DNA from: Pyrinomonadaceae bacterium
GTDB lineage: Bacteria; Acidobacteriota; Blastocatellia; Pyrinomonadales; Pyrinomonadaceae
Length of the DNA: 64,000 nt
Direction: 5' to 3'
NCBI GenBank assembly: GCA_035635855.1
Contig: DASQAF010000040.1
Location: forward strand, 153,312 to 217,311
Positions within the stretch are counted from its first letter, which is position 1. Every line of letters starts with the position of its first letter. The notes under the pieces were generated by a model. That model saw only the letters and a program-made list of their open reading frames with translations. It did not search any database and was not told the origin of the DNA. The translations under genes and the position numbers were made by a program. This document shows positions 21,528-30,976 of this stretch, one piece after another.

Positions 21528-24101
21528 GTGTCTAGATTTATTAGTAGACGCGCCATGGCTGTTGTGGGGTGCTCTATTTCCGCGTTTCTTATGGCGGCTA
21601 TATGTCCTCATGCCGCCATGGCTTTCGCCGCGACTGGCAGTATTAAAGGGGTTGTCACTGCAACGACACAGGCTTCCGGAACGCGTGCAATTCTACTTTC
21701 CAACGCGCGTATCACGCTCGTCAATCGCGATTTGCGAAGCCAGGTGATGGTAACCGTCACCGACGACGCGGGCGCTTTTGTGTTTAGCAACCTTCCTGCG
21801 GCGCGTTACCTGTTGACGGCTGAGGCCGTCGGATTGCCGACCGCGACCCGCGAGATTGATTTGGCGGATGGCGCAAACCTCACGGTAGAAATTGAGTTGA
21901 CAACTTCGGTTTCGGAATCGGTCACCGTGCGCGACGAGGAAGGCCTACTCAGCACCGCAGAGACCAGCACCTCCAACACTGTTCGTGAGCAAACATTGAA
22001 GACCGCGCCGTTACGCGCGGAGAACTACCAGAGCGCGCTACCGCTGACGCCGGGTGTGGTGCGCGGACCAGGCGGCGAAGACCATTTGAAGGGGGCCCAT
22101 GCCGGGCAAAGCGCATACACGGTCAATGGGGCGGATGTCACTGATCCGGTTACCGGCCGTCTGGCTTTTGACATCCCCATTGAGGCCGCGGCCAGTGTTC
22201 AGGTTGAAGAAAACCCATACTCGGCTGAGTTCGGACGCCTGACTGGCGGGGCCACAAATCTGGAAACCAAGGGTGGAGACAACAAATTCAAGGTCGCTGC
22301 CGCCCGCATATTTCCGACGTTTCGCTACATCCTCACGGGCCCGATCGATTCGTTCAGACCACGCGTGACCTTAAGCGGCCCCATCATTCGTGACCGAATG
22401 TTTTTCCTGCAATCCTTTGAATATCGTTTCTCCCGCCTGCGCGTCCCGAGTCTTTCGGCTCCGCGTAATGATTCGACGTCAGAGGCGCTTAATTCTTTTT
22501 CGCAGATCGATCTCACCCTAAACAAGAACAATCGCGCGAAGTTCGTGGCGGCTTTTTTCCCAGAGAAGTTTCGCCATGTAGGGCTCGACACCTTCAATCC
22601 ACAAGAGACTACGCCGAACATCAAACAGCGTGGCTCGTTATTCTCGATCTCGGAGCAAGTCATCTTTGGCGATTTGTCTTTTCTGTCATCGGCATTGAGT
22701 TACAAGACCTTTGACGTTGACGTCTTCGCGAAAGGGGTGCAACCCCTTACACTTTCGCCAGAGGCAAACAGCGGGAACTATTTCGCCGACACTCGCCGGC
22801 GTTCGCGCCGGTGGCAGTGGCAGGAGACGTACTACGCGCGCTCTTTCAACCTGGCCGGTCAGCACTCACTGAAAATGGGCGCTGAGGTAGATCGCACGAG
22901 TATTTCCGGCAGATTTAATTACGACTCAATTTTTGTTCGTCGCTACAGTGGGACCCTGGCCCAACGCATCGATTTCACCGGTCCGAGTGCAATTGCATTG
23001 CAAGTCAGCGAGCTTGCAGGCTTTTTGCAAGACCGTTGGATTGCAAACCGAAAGCTGACAATTGATGCCGGCCTGCGTTTAGACCGCGATGGAATCGCGC
23101 GGCACAATAATTTTGCGCCGCGTCTTTCATTCATGCTCCTTCCGGTCAAAGGCAATCGCACGATTATTCGCGGCGGGATCGGCCTCTTCTCTGATCGAAT
23201 GCCGCTGTCTGTCGGATATTTTGGCGCGATCAGCCAGGGCCTTGACGATGAAGAGAACGATCGCGTAAGTCAGGTTGCTACCTTGACGAGCTTTTCAGAC
23301 TTGCCGGGGCGCATCGTCACGCGATACGCTCCTGACGGAATTACGGCCATCGACGGCCCTCGCCCCTTTAGCAACGTAGCTAGGGGACCCTTGCGCAATC
23401 TACGCAGCGTTCGCTGGAATGTTCAGCTTGATCAAGGCTTAACCAAGCGGCTGACGCTGCGTATCGGCTATCTTCAGCGCGCCACACGGAATGATCTGAT
23501 TCTCAAGCCGATCACAGTTCAGCCTGATGCGGGCATGGTAATTCTCAGCAGCAGAGGGAGATCGCGCTACCGCGAGTTGCAAGTCCTCGGGATCTATCGC
23601 CACACTCACTTGGGCTACTGGAACGCCTCGTACGTTTGGTCAAGTGCGCGAGGCGATCTGAACACGGCGGATAACTTCCTAAGCGATCGTCCGGCGTTCG
23701 TCATCCGACGAAATCAGTACGGCCCTTTGCCATTTGACGCACCGCATAGGTTTCTCCTTTACGGCGAGTTGAAGTTACCTTATGACATTAATTTTTCGCC
23801 GCTGGCAGAAATACGCTCGGGATTTCCGTTTTCAGCGGTTAATGAGCAACTCGATTTCGTGGGTCGGCGTAATCAAGCGGGACGCTTCCCCACATTCTTC
23901 TCGCTCGACGCTCAGGTTACCAAAGGCTTTCGCATCCCAATGTTCGAGAAACACAAGATGCGCATCGGTGTCGCCGTCTTTAACATTACTAATCACTTTA
24001 ACCCGCGTGACGTGCAGAATAATCTCGGCAGCCCGCGCTTCGGGCAGTTCTTCAATAGCCTGGGGACATCCGTTCGAGGTAAGTTCGAGATTGAGTTCTA
24101 G
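21528..24101 (+). CDS. Outer-membrane TonB-dependent-receptor-like protein with N-terminal carboxypeptidase-regulatory-like domain (paralogue 1)
   Basis: Signal peptide; GSIKGVVT...DDAGAFVFSNLPAARYLL (CarboxypepD_reg-like); plug-like LPLTPGVVRG...VNGADVTDP...NPYSAEFGRLTGG. Ends in KFEIEF (aromatic terminus). Confidence 0.8.
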   Translation: MSRFISRRAMAVVGCSISAFLMAAICPHAAMAFAATGSIKGVVTATTQASGTRAILLSNARITLVNRDLRSQVMVTVTDDAGAFVFSNLPAARYLLTAEAVGLPTATREIDLADGANLTVEIELTTSVSESVTVRDEEGLLSTAETSTSNTVREQTLKTAPLRAENYQSALPLTPGVVRGPGGEDHLKGAHAGQSAYTVNGADVTDPVTGRLAFDIPIEAAASVQVEENPYSAEFGRLTGGATNLETKGGDNKFKVAAARIFPTFRYILTGPIDSFRPRVTLSGPIIRDRMFFLQSFEYRFSRLRVPSLSAPRNDSTSEALNSFSQIDLTLNKNNRAKFVAAFFPEKFRHVGLDTFNPQETTPNIKQRGSLFSISEQVIFGDLSFLSSALSYKTFDVDVFAKGVQPLTLSPEANSGNYFADTRRRSRRWQWQETYYARSFNLAGQHSLKMGAEVDRTSISGRFNYDSIFVRRYSGTLAQRIDFTGPSAIALQVSELAGFLQDRWIANRKLTIDAGLRLDRDGIARHNNFAPRLSFMLLPVKGNRTIIRGGIGLFSDRMPLSVGYFGAISQGLDDEENDRVSQVATLTSFSDLPGRIVTRYAPDGITAIDGPRPFSNVARGPLRNLRSVRWNVQLDQGLTKRLTLRIGYLQRATRNDLILKPITVQPDAGMVILSSRGRSRYRELQVLGIYRHTHLGYWNASYVWSSARGDLNTADNFLSDRPAFVIRRNQYGPLPFDAPHRFLLYGELKLPYDINFSPLAEIRSGFPFSAVNEQLDFVGRRNQAGRFPTFFSLDAQVTKGFRIPMFEKHKMRIGVAVFNITNHFNPRDVQNNLGSPRFGQFFNSLGTSVRGKFEIEF

Positions 24102-24149
24102 GAGGATGCTGAAAAAAGCAAATTCGCCACTCTCTTTGTTCTCATCTTT

Positions 24150-24182
24150 CTCCGTGCCTTTGTGCCTCTGGGTCTTTGTGGC
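24150..24182. repeat. GT-rich motif ctccgtgcctttgtgcctctgggtctttgtggc, related to the repeat at 58629-58648
   Basis: It shares the gtctttgtgg core (24172-24181 versus 58639-58648). Located between the twin OMP genes. Confidence 0.4.
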
Positions 24183-24240
24183 TAAGCTTAGTTTGCATTT
24201 TCGAAAACCCGGTCTTCCGAGCGGTTGATGGTGCTGTACG

Positions 24241-26880
24241 GTGAAGAGGAAAACAAGCATACCTGGAAACTTCGATTCGGGGCGCAACTTACTGCGCGGG
24301 GCCGCGCTTATCGGCGTAGTTTTTTTCGGTGCTAACGGCTTGGCGCAACCTCAGCCGGTCGCGGCTCGGGACATTTCAATTCCCGCTTCGCAGGCGAATC
24401 CTTCGCCAACCCCACAAGCGCAACAACCAGAACCGCGTGCGCGCAGACTGCGAGTAGCAGTAACCGACGCGCGACAACATTCGCTAGCCGGCGCGACGTG
24501 CGCGCTAATTGATTCGCGCAGGCCCGGAGCAATCGTAGCGACCGCTGTGACCAATGAAGAGGGCGTCGCAACTTTCACCGCGCTGCCCTCAGGCTCATTC
24601 ACCCTGCGCGTTGAAAATAAAGGGTTTGAGACGTTCACAAAAAATGACGTCATGGTGAAAGATGGATCACCAACGGACATCAATGTGAGCCTGGCAGTCG
24701 CGTCTTTGGCAGCGAGTGTAACGATTCAATCGCCTAACGAAGAGGTTACTAGTGTAGAAGCTGGAGCGTCGACTGCATCGGGCAATATACACCGCAAGTC
24801 GCTGCAGAGACTTCCTCTGGCCACCGCTCGAGTTGACGAAGCGTTGCCTCTTATTCCCGGTGTCGTTCGTTCCCCCACCGGAGAAATCAGCATCAAAGGG
24901 GCGAGTGAACAGCAGAGCGCTTTGCTGGTCAATGGGCTCAACGCCGCCGACCCGGCGAGCGGAAACTTTCGCTTGAATCTGCCCGTCGATTCCGTCGAGG
25001 CCGTGCAGGTTTTTCAACATCCTTACATTGCCGAGTATGGACAGTTCACTGGAGGTTTGACGCGAGTTGAAACCAGGAGAGGCGGCGATCGCTGGCACTT
25101 AGAATTCAATGACTTTCTTCCTGACTTCAGATTCAAAGGCGGACACCTCGTCGGTGTCGCCGAAGACACCCCGCGCCTGAACTTCAACGGCCCACTCATC
25201 AAAGATCGCCTTTATCTTTCACAATCGCTTGCGTACACCATCGCCAAAACTCCAGTTCGCGGTCTGGCCTTTCCGGTAAACGAAACGAAAACTGAAAGCC
25301 AGAGCTACTTCTCTCAATTCGATCTCCTCTTGAACAAGCATCATACGGTGGCGCTTACCCTGGGATATTTTCCCGAACGCAACCAGTTTGTCGGTCTGGA
25401 CTTCTTTCGACCTCAACCGGTCACGCCAAACTACAAGCAGCGCGATTTCGTGTGGACTGTGCGCGATAATTACGAACTGGGAGGAGGTCTTTTGCAGTCC
25501 TCAGTTTCGTTCAAACGCTTCGACGCAAATGTCTGGGGACAGGGCACGCTGGATCAAACGTTAACTCCGACGGCCGAACTGGGTAACTACTTCGCAACTC
25601 AGGATCGCCGCTCACACCGCATTGAACTGCTGGAAGTTTATCAATTACCCATCCAACACTTTTGGCGCGGCTCGCATGAGATCAAAACCGGCTTTGACTT
25701 TAACAGCGTTAGTAATCGCCTGAATTACGGCGCGCGTCCGGTCAACATACTCCGTACAGACGGAACGCTGGCTGAGCGAATCGTGTTCGAACAAGAGCCC
25801 GTGATTCTGGCAAGCAATCGCGAATACGTCGGCTTCGCTCAAGATCGCTGGCTCGTGCGTCCGAACTTGAGTTTCGATCTGGGCCTGCGTTATGAAAACC
25901 AGCGGATCGCCGACGAACAGAACCTGGCTCCGCGTGCAGGCTTTGCGTGGTCGCCTTTCGGAAGCGATCGGACGGTTGTTCGCGGAGGCATCGGACTGTT
26001 TTACGATAAAGTGCCGCTCAATATTCGCAGCTTTAGCCGTTATCCTGGACGCACCGTAACGCGCTATGGCACGGACGGTCTCACCGTCACCGAACGTCAC
26101 CGCTTCAGAAATGTTTTAGTCGACACGGCGCCGATTCTTCCGCTTGATTTCAGACATTCAAATATTGAAGCGGGCTTCGTGCCGAGAAATCTGACCTGGA
26201 ACGTTCAACTGGATCAAATCATTAACAGCCGGCTCAGTTTTCGCGCGAATCTCATTGGCAGCCAGACCGACCACATCTACGTTATCAACCCGGAACTCGA
26301 CTATCGCGGCCGTAGCGCGATTGTGTTGCGGTCGGCAGGACACGCCACCTATCGCGCGCTGGAGTTGACGTCGCGTGTTGTCCTCCCCAGGAAGAATGCT
26401 TTCTATTTCTCATATGTTCGTTCGCGGGCGCGCGGCGACCTTAACGATTTCAACAGCTACTTCGGGGATTTTGGTGAACCTGTGGTGCGCCAGAATCAGT
26501 ACTCAAATCTGCCCTATGACGTTCCCAACCGTTTTATCGGCTGGGGAACTCTGGCGCTCCCCCATCGCGTTACGATCGCGCCCATCATTGAAGCGCGCAG
26601 CGGCTTTCCCTTTTCCGTCCGTGACGCAGAGCAGAGCTTCGTCGGGGTGCGAAACTCTGACCAGACGCGCTTCCCTTCTTTCTTCGCCCTGGACGTAGAG
26701 TTCGCCAAAGAGTTTCAGGTCACAAAGAAGTATGGCGTGCGTCTTTCGTTGCGTGGCTTCAACCTGACTGAACACTTCAATCCGCGCGACGTCCGGTCGA
26801 ATATCGCCGACCCTCATTTCCGCGAGTTCTTCGCCTCGTACCGACGTTACTTCACCGGGGGCTTCGACATTCTCTTCTAA
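24241..26880 (+). CDS. Outer-membrane TonB-dependent-receptor-like protein with carboxypeptidase-regulatory-like domain (paralogue 2)
   Basis: GTG start. Clear paralogy to 21528..24101 (LPLIPGVVRS...VNGLNAADP...HPYIAEYGQFTGG). Ends in GGFDILF. Confidence 0.8.
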   Translation: MKRKTSIPGNFDSGRNLLRGAALIGVVFFGANGLAQPQPVAARDISIPASQANPSPTPQAQQPEPRARRLRVAVTDARQHSLAGATCALIDSRRPGAIVATAVTNEEGVATFTALPSGSFTLRVENKGFETFTKNDVMVKDGSPTDINVSLAVASLAASVTIQSPNEEVTSVEAGASTASGNIHRKSLQRLPLATARVDEALPLIPGVVRSPTGEISIKGASEQQSALLVNGLNAADPASGNFRLNLPVDSVEAVQVFQHPYIAEYGQFTGGLTRVETRRGGDRWHLEFNDFLPDFRFKGGHLVGVAEDTPRLNFNGPLIKDRLYLSQSLAYTIAKTPVRGLAFPVNETKTESQSYFSQFDLLLNKHHTVALTLGYFPERNQFVGLDFFRPQPVTPNYKQRDFVWTVRDNYELGGGLLQSSVSFKRFDANVWGQGTLDQTLTPTAELGNYFATQDRRSHRIELLEVYQLPIQHFWRGSHEIKTGFDFNSVSNRLNYGARPVNILRTDGTLAERIVFEQEPVILASNREYVGFAQDRWLVRPNLSFDLGLRYENQRIADEQNLAPRAGFAWSPFGSDRTVVRGGIGLFYDKVPLNIRSFSRYPGRTVTRYGTDGLTVTERHRFRNVLVDTAPILPLDFRHSNIEAGFVPRNLTWNVQLDQIINSRLSFRANLIGSQTDHIYVINPELDYRGRSAIVLRSAGHATYRALELTSRVVLPRKNAFYFSYVRSRARGDLNDFNSYFGDFGEPVVRQNQYSNLPYDVPNRFIGWGTLALPHRVTIAPIIEARSGFPFSVRDAEQSFVGVRNSDQTRFPSFFALDVEFAKEFQVTKKYGVRLSLRGFNLTEHFNPRDVRSNIADPHFREFFASYRRYFTGGFDILF

Positions 26881-26883
26881 TTC

Positions 26884-26904
26884 GGGGCGACAAAGTGTCG
26901 CCCC
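26884..26904 (+). terminator. Hairpin terminator after OMP paralogue 2
   Basis: ggggcgaca-aag-tgtcgcccc begins 3 nt after the stop; the following T tract is weak (tgccaaagtttt). Confidence 0.5.
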
Positions 26905-27027
26905 TGCCAAAGTTTTACGGCGACATTGCGCCGCTGCCTCACTCGTTTAGGGCCTGAGATATGAGTCTTAAGTACGAATCTGCTACTGTCCGAGCGCCCT
27001 CCGAGTTCAACTTTAAATCAAGTTGCG

Positions 27028-27043
27028 CGGCACATTCGTTGCT
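27028..27043 (+). promoter_or_regulatory. Near-consensus sigma54 promoter for the 27.1-36.8 kb operon
   Basis: cGGCACattcgTTGCt (GG 27029-30, GC 27041-42, N10 spacing), 61 nt upstream of GTG 27103. Confidence 0.6.
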
Positions 27044-27102
27044 CTTCTTTCGCTGATCCCTTCACTAAAGTTCAGGGCTCCGGTTTCGACAAAGACGCTG
27101 CC

Positions 27103-28122
27103 GTGAAAAAGAGATTGATGCTCAGTAACGCGATCCGGCAGTTACGGCACGGCTTTAACCGGCCGTTCATGGTGATGTTCGAAACCACCCTGCACTGCAA
27201 CATGAAATGCGGCTATTGCGCTATCTGGCAAAACCAGCAACCTGAAGATCGTGCTGTGCGCGAGCGAGTTTTCTCGCGCATGGACGAAGCGGCCGCGTTC
27301 GGTGTTTTTGCCTGGAGCTTTTCCGGCGGCGAGCCCTTGATGAATCCCCACATGCCGGATTATATCGAGTATGCCGCCCGCAAAGGCTTCTACACTTCAA
27401 TGCCGACCAACGGGCTGGCGTTGAAACGTTACGCCGAAGATTGCGTCAAGTTGGATCAACTGGAAGTTTCGATTGACACGCTTGATCGTGAGAAGTTCGC
27501 TCAGCGCCGCGGCATTGACGGATTGCCGGCGATCCTTTCCGCACTCGACTTCATTAAGGGCAATCTCACTTACAACACAATTCAAATTAACGCCGCAGTC
27601 GATCTGGAAAATCTCGAAGACCTTCCGGCCCTGGCCCTCTACTGTCAGGAACGCGGCTTTCTGTTGCATACCGAAGCGGTGCACAACGTCGTGCGCACGA
27701 CTTGGAAAACCGAAGACGTCGAGATGGAAAACGAAGCGCTTGATAAGATCGCTCGGTACGTGCTGAAGCTGAGGAAAGGATTCAGCTGCGTGCGCTTCTA
27801 CCAGGGTTATTTTGATTTTTATCGCAACGATGGCTTCTCGAAAAAGTTCCCTTGCCGCTCGGCTTCGCACTTAATTAACATGCGGCCCGACGGCTCGATC
27901 CAGTTTCCCTGTGCGTTTGTTTCGCTCCATCGTGGTGCTCCGGAAATGTCTCTGCGCGAAATCTATGAATCACCCGAAGTGAGAAAGATAATCATGCAAT
28001 CGCCGAACATGTGGGACTTCTGCAAGGGCTGCAAGATCGGCTGCCCGTATGAAGTTTCGGCCTACCGCAACAGCCCGCTGACCGCATTTCGCTCAGCGTT
28101 GGATTTTCTCCAGTTCTCTTAG
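27103..28122 (+). CDS. Radical SAM enzyme with C-terminal Cys-rich (SPASM/twitch-like) region
   Basis: CNMKCGYC (CX3CX2C) near the N-terminus, FSGGEPL, and a C-terminal CRSAS...FPCAF...FCKGCKIGCPYE. The start is GTG 27103 or ATG 27118. Confidence 0.85.
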   Translation: MKKRLMLSNAIRQLRHGFNRPFMVMFETTLHCNMKCGYCAIWQNQQPEDRAVRERVFSRMDEAAAFGVFAWSFSGGEPLMNPHMPDYIEYAARKGFYTSMPTNGLALKRYAEDCVKLDQLEVSIDTLDREKFAQRRGIDGLPAILSALDFIKGNLTYNTIQINAAVDLENLEDLPALALYCQERGFLLHTEAVHNVVRTTWKTEDVEMENEALDKIARYVLKLRKGFSCVRFYQGYFDFYRNDGFSKKFPCRSASHLINMRPDGSIQFPCAFVSLHRGAPEMSLREIYESPEVRKIIMQSPNMWDFCKGCKIGCPYEVSAYRNSPLTAFRSALDFLQFS

Positions 28123-28149
28123 AACGAGGACGCGGGCGCAACTTCGCTG

Positions 28150-29097
28150 ATGATTACTGAAGAATCATTGCAGATACGAGAAGCGCGAGGAGAGGCGAAG
28201 TCGCACACATTCTCAGCGCCGGCAGTGCGAGCGCGTGGTCTTTTCAAGCGTTACAAAGACGGCACCGAGGCTAATCGCGGAATCGATCTGGACGTTCAGC
28301 CGGGAGAATTGATTTCGATTCTTGGCCCGAACGGCGCCGGCAAAACCACCTTCTTACGTCAGGTCACAACGGAGTTGCGACCTACTTCCGGAAGCGTGGA
28401 AATTTTCGGCGTGGATGCGATCGCTGAACCGCAGCGCGCGAAAGGGATGATGGGCATCACGCCTCAGGAAGCCGGTCTCTTTGATTCACTGACTGTGCAA
28501 GAACACTTTGAACTATTCGCTCGCCTGAAGGACCTCTCAAGAGCGGATGCCAGAGCAGAAGCCGCTGAGGTAATCAGCGCTTTGGACCTGAGCGCGGAAA
28601 GGATGAAGCGCGTTGGGACGCTTTCGGGTGGACAGCGAAGACGCATCCTGATCGGGCTGGCGCTGCTTGGCCGCCCGCCACTGCTCGTGCTTGACGAGCC
28701 CACGACCGGACTCGATCCCTCATCACGGCGTGCGGTGTGGGGAGTCATACGCCGTGCAGTGACAGACGGCGCCGCCGTGATTCTTTCAACGCACTACATT
28801 GAAGAGGCTGAGCGCTTGGGCGACCGTATCGGAATCATTGCCCAGGGGCGTCTGATCGCTTTCGGCACACTCGACGAACTTCTGGGGCGGCTGGAACGGA
28901 GTTATCGCTTGAGTTACCGCGACCGGCTCGATCCGTTTGGCAACTTCTGCATGTGCTACTTCGCAAGCTTCAGCGACGCTCGAGCCCACGCTGCGCGCGA
29001 ACAACTTTCCGAATACTCAATCGCCCGGGCGTCGCTCGAGGACGTTTACTTCACGCTGACTGGCGAGTGCTTTGCGGAGGGAGAAACCAAAGGATGA
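28150..29097 (+). CDS. ABC transporter ATP-binding protein (ABC-2/DrrA-NodI type)
   Basis: Walker A GPNGAGKTT, signature LSGGQRRRILIG, Walker B LLVLDEPTTGLDP. Confidence 0.9.
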   Translation: MITEESLQIREARGEAKSHTFSAPAVRARGLFKRYKDGTEANRGIDLDVQPGELISILGPNGAGKTTFLRQVTTELRPTSGSVEIFGVDAIAEPQRAKGMMGITPQEAGLFDSLTVQEHFELFARLKDLSRADARAEAAEVISALDLSAERMKRVGTLSGGQRRRILIGLALLGRPPLLVLDEPTTGLDPSSRRAVWGVIRRAVTDGAAVILSTHYIEEAERLGDRIGIIAQGRLIAFGTLDELLGRLERSYRLSYRDRLDPFGNFCMCYFASFSDARAHAAREQLSEYSIARASLEDVYFTLTGECFAEGETKG

Positions 29098-29834
29098 AGC
29101 GTCTGACCGACATCATCTGCGTCTTCCGCATTCAACTCATGAGCATGCGCGCTGAGGCCGGACCATTTTTTCTGGCTGCGCTTGTTTTTCCGACGGCAAT
29201 GTATTTGTTCACGCGGGCAGTCAGTGGCACAGAGGCGGCGCCGGATCAAAACCGCCTACGCTTTCTCGCGGGTTCGATCGTGTTTTCACTTTCGCTAACT
29301 TCGATTAGCTGGCTTGGCTATCTGCTCCTGGAAAATCGGTTCACGGGGCGACTGAAATTGTTTGCCACGATGCCGCTCGCACCTTCTTCGTACATACTCG
29401 GCATCCTTCTCTTCGCATTCGCGCAAGCGGCGCTCGGCACCACCGCGCTGATTCTTATCGGACGCACTTTCGGTGTTCGCATGCGGCCAAGCATCCTCAT
29501 GTTGGGTTCCGTGGTTATGCTGACAGTGCTGTGCCTCTGCGGACTCGGGGCCATTATCGCCGCGCGCGCGCGCAGCTTTACCCAGGGCTCTATTTTGACC
29601 GATGCGTTGGGAGCGGGACTGGTCCTTCTCGCGCCGATCTACTACACGCCGGAAACCATGCCGCATAGTCTCCGGGCAGTTTCACAATTGTTGCCGACCG
29701 CGTTTGCCGCGCGAGCTGTCCAGACGACGCTCGCGGGAGGGCATCAAATCGGCGGTGAGATGATGGCACTTGGGTTCATGGCAATCGTGAGTCTCACACT
29801 CGGATTCAGACTCACGAAATGGAGGGAAGACTGA
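29094..29834 (+). CDS. ABC-2 type transporter permease
   Basis: The track ORF is 28953..29834. The probable start is MKRLTD at 29094, overlapping the ATPase stop (ATGA). About 6 predicted TM helices. Confidence 0.75.
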   Translation: MKRLTDIICVFRIQLMSMRAEAGPFFLAALVFPTAMYLFTRAVSGTEAAPDQNRLRFLAGSIVFSLSLTSISWLGYLLLENRFTGRLKLFATMPLAPSSYILGILLFAFAQAALGTTALILIGRTFGVRMRPSILMLGSVVMLTVLCLCGLGAIIAARARSFTQGSILTDALGAGLVLLAPIYYTPETMPHSLRAVSQLLPTAFAARAVQTTLAGGHQIGGEMMALGFMAIVSLTLGFRLTKWRED

Positions 29835-30976
29835 AAGTTCTGGTGCTTACATTGTCGTTTGGGTCCGGCCATGTGCAAGCCGCGCACACCGTCGCACTCG
29901 AAGTGAAGAGGCAGGCGCCGGATGCAGAGGTGCTCGTTCTCGATGCGCTCGATGACTGTCACTTTCTGTTTCGCGCCGGATACGTTTGGCCTTACTGGGC
30001 GATGGTGCGCTATGCGCCGGCGTTGTGGGATCGCTTTTTCGCCCGGCGGACGAAGCGCATGGCCCGACACACAGCGCCGCAGTGGGCATTTCAACACGGC
30101 TGTCCGCGGGTCTTCAAGACGATTGTGGACTTCAGACCCGACACGATCGTGGCGAGTGAAGTTGCCGCGTGCGAGATGGCCGCGATTGCCAAACGCAAGG
30201 GACTAACGAGGGCGCGACTCGTCAACGTCATCACCGATTTTGAAGCTGAACCCGTGTGGGTCAAGCCGGAAGTGGATGCTTATGCCGTCCCCGATCAGCA
30301 CGTCCGCGATCAGTTGTGCGCGTGGGGCGCGCTGGCGGAGAGTGTGGCCATATGCGGAATACCGACCGATGCTTCTTTCTATGCACGACATGATGAGAAA
30401 GCAACGCGAGTGCGCTATGGCATCAACGGGAACGTGCCGATTGTACTCATCATGGGCGGCGGGGTGGGGCCGACGCGCATGGATGAGGTGGCGGCGAGAC
30501 TGTGCCGGGAAGGTAAAGCTGTGCACGTTATCGCCGCCACAGCACATGACAAGCGAGTGCGCCGCCGGCTTGCTCGTTTTCGTCCACCACCGTCCGCCTC
30601 CCTGCGCGTGCTTTCATGGACGGATGATATTCCGGCCCTTATGCAGGCGGCGTCGGTGCTGGTCACTAAGCCAGGCGGTCTCACCACGGCCGAAGCAGCC
30701 ATGTGCGCATTGCCGGTTGTGATGTTCGACGCCATACCAGGGCCAGAGCGACGCAACGCTGCGCGCTTCGTGGAGAGCAGCGCCGGCGTTTTGACGAAAG
30801 GCCCGCGAGAAGCGGCCTCGACTGTGCTCAATCTCTTGCGCGAAGCGAGCGCGCTCCACCGAATGTCGTCGTGCGCAAAGCGGTTGGCCCGTCCGGATGC
30901 GGCAGCAGCCATTGCGCAGCTTGCGCTTGACGACAACGTGCCCGCACAAGAGCTGGCAAGGAGAATGACAGCGTGA
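29819..30976 (+). CDS. GT28 glycosyltransferase, MGDG-synthase/UgtP-like (paralogue 1)
   Basis: N-terminal VLVLTLSFGSGHVQAA (MGDG_synth-type) and C-terminal LVTKPGGLTTAEAAMCALPVVMFDAIPGPERRNARF (Glyco_tran_28_C-type). 16-nt overlap with the permease gene. Confidence 0.8.
   Translation: MEGRLKVLVLTLSFGSGHVQAAHTVALEVKRQAPDAEVLVLDALDDCHFLFRAGYVWPYWAMVRYAPALWDRFFARRTKRMARHTAPQWAFQHGCPRVFKTIVDFRPDTIVASEVAACEMAAIAKRKGLTRARLVNVITDFEAEPVWVKPEVDAYAVPDQHVRDQLCAWGALAESVAICGIPTDASFYARHDEKATRVRYGINGNVPIVLIMGGGVGPTRMDEVAARLCREGKAVHVIAATAHDKRVRRRLARFRPPPSASLRVLSWTDDIPALMQAASVLVTKPGGLTTAEAAMCALPVVMFDAIPGPERRNAARFVESSAGVLTKGPREAASTVLNLLREASALHRMSSCAKRLARPDAAAAIAQLALDDNVPAQELARRMTA

Noticed and set aside
26961-27056. 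31-codon ORF (MSLKYESATVRAPSEFNFKSSCAAHSLLFFR) upstream of the radical SAM gene, considered as a RiPP precursor
   Set aside because: The strong sigma54 promoter motif lies inside it, so the predicted transcript would start at its 3' end. The SD is weak, and the rest of the operon looks like sugar/lipid chemistry rather than peptide maturation. It could be revisited if transcription starts upstream.
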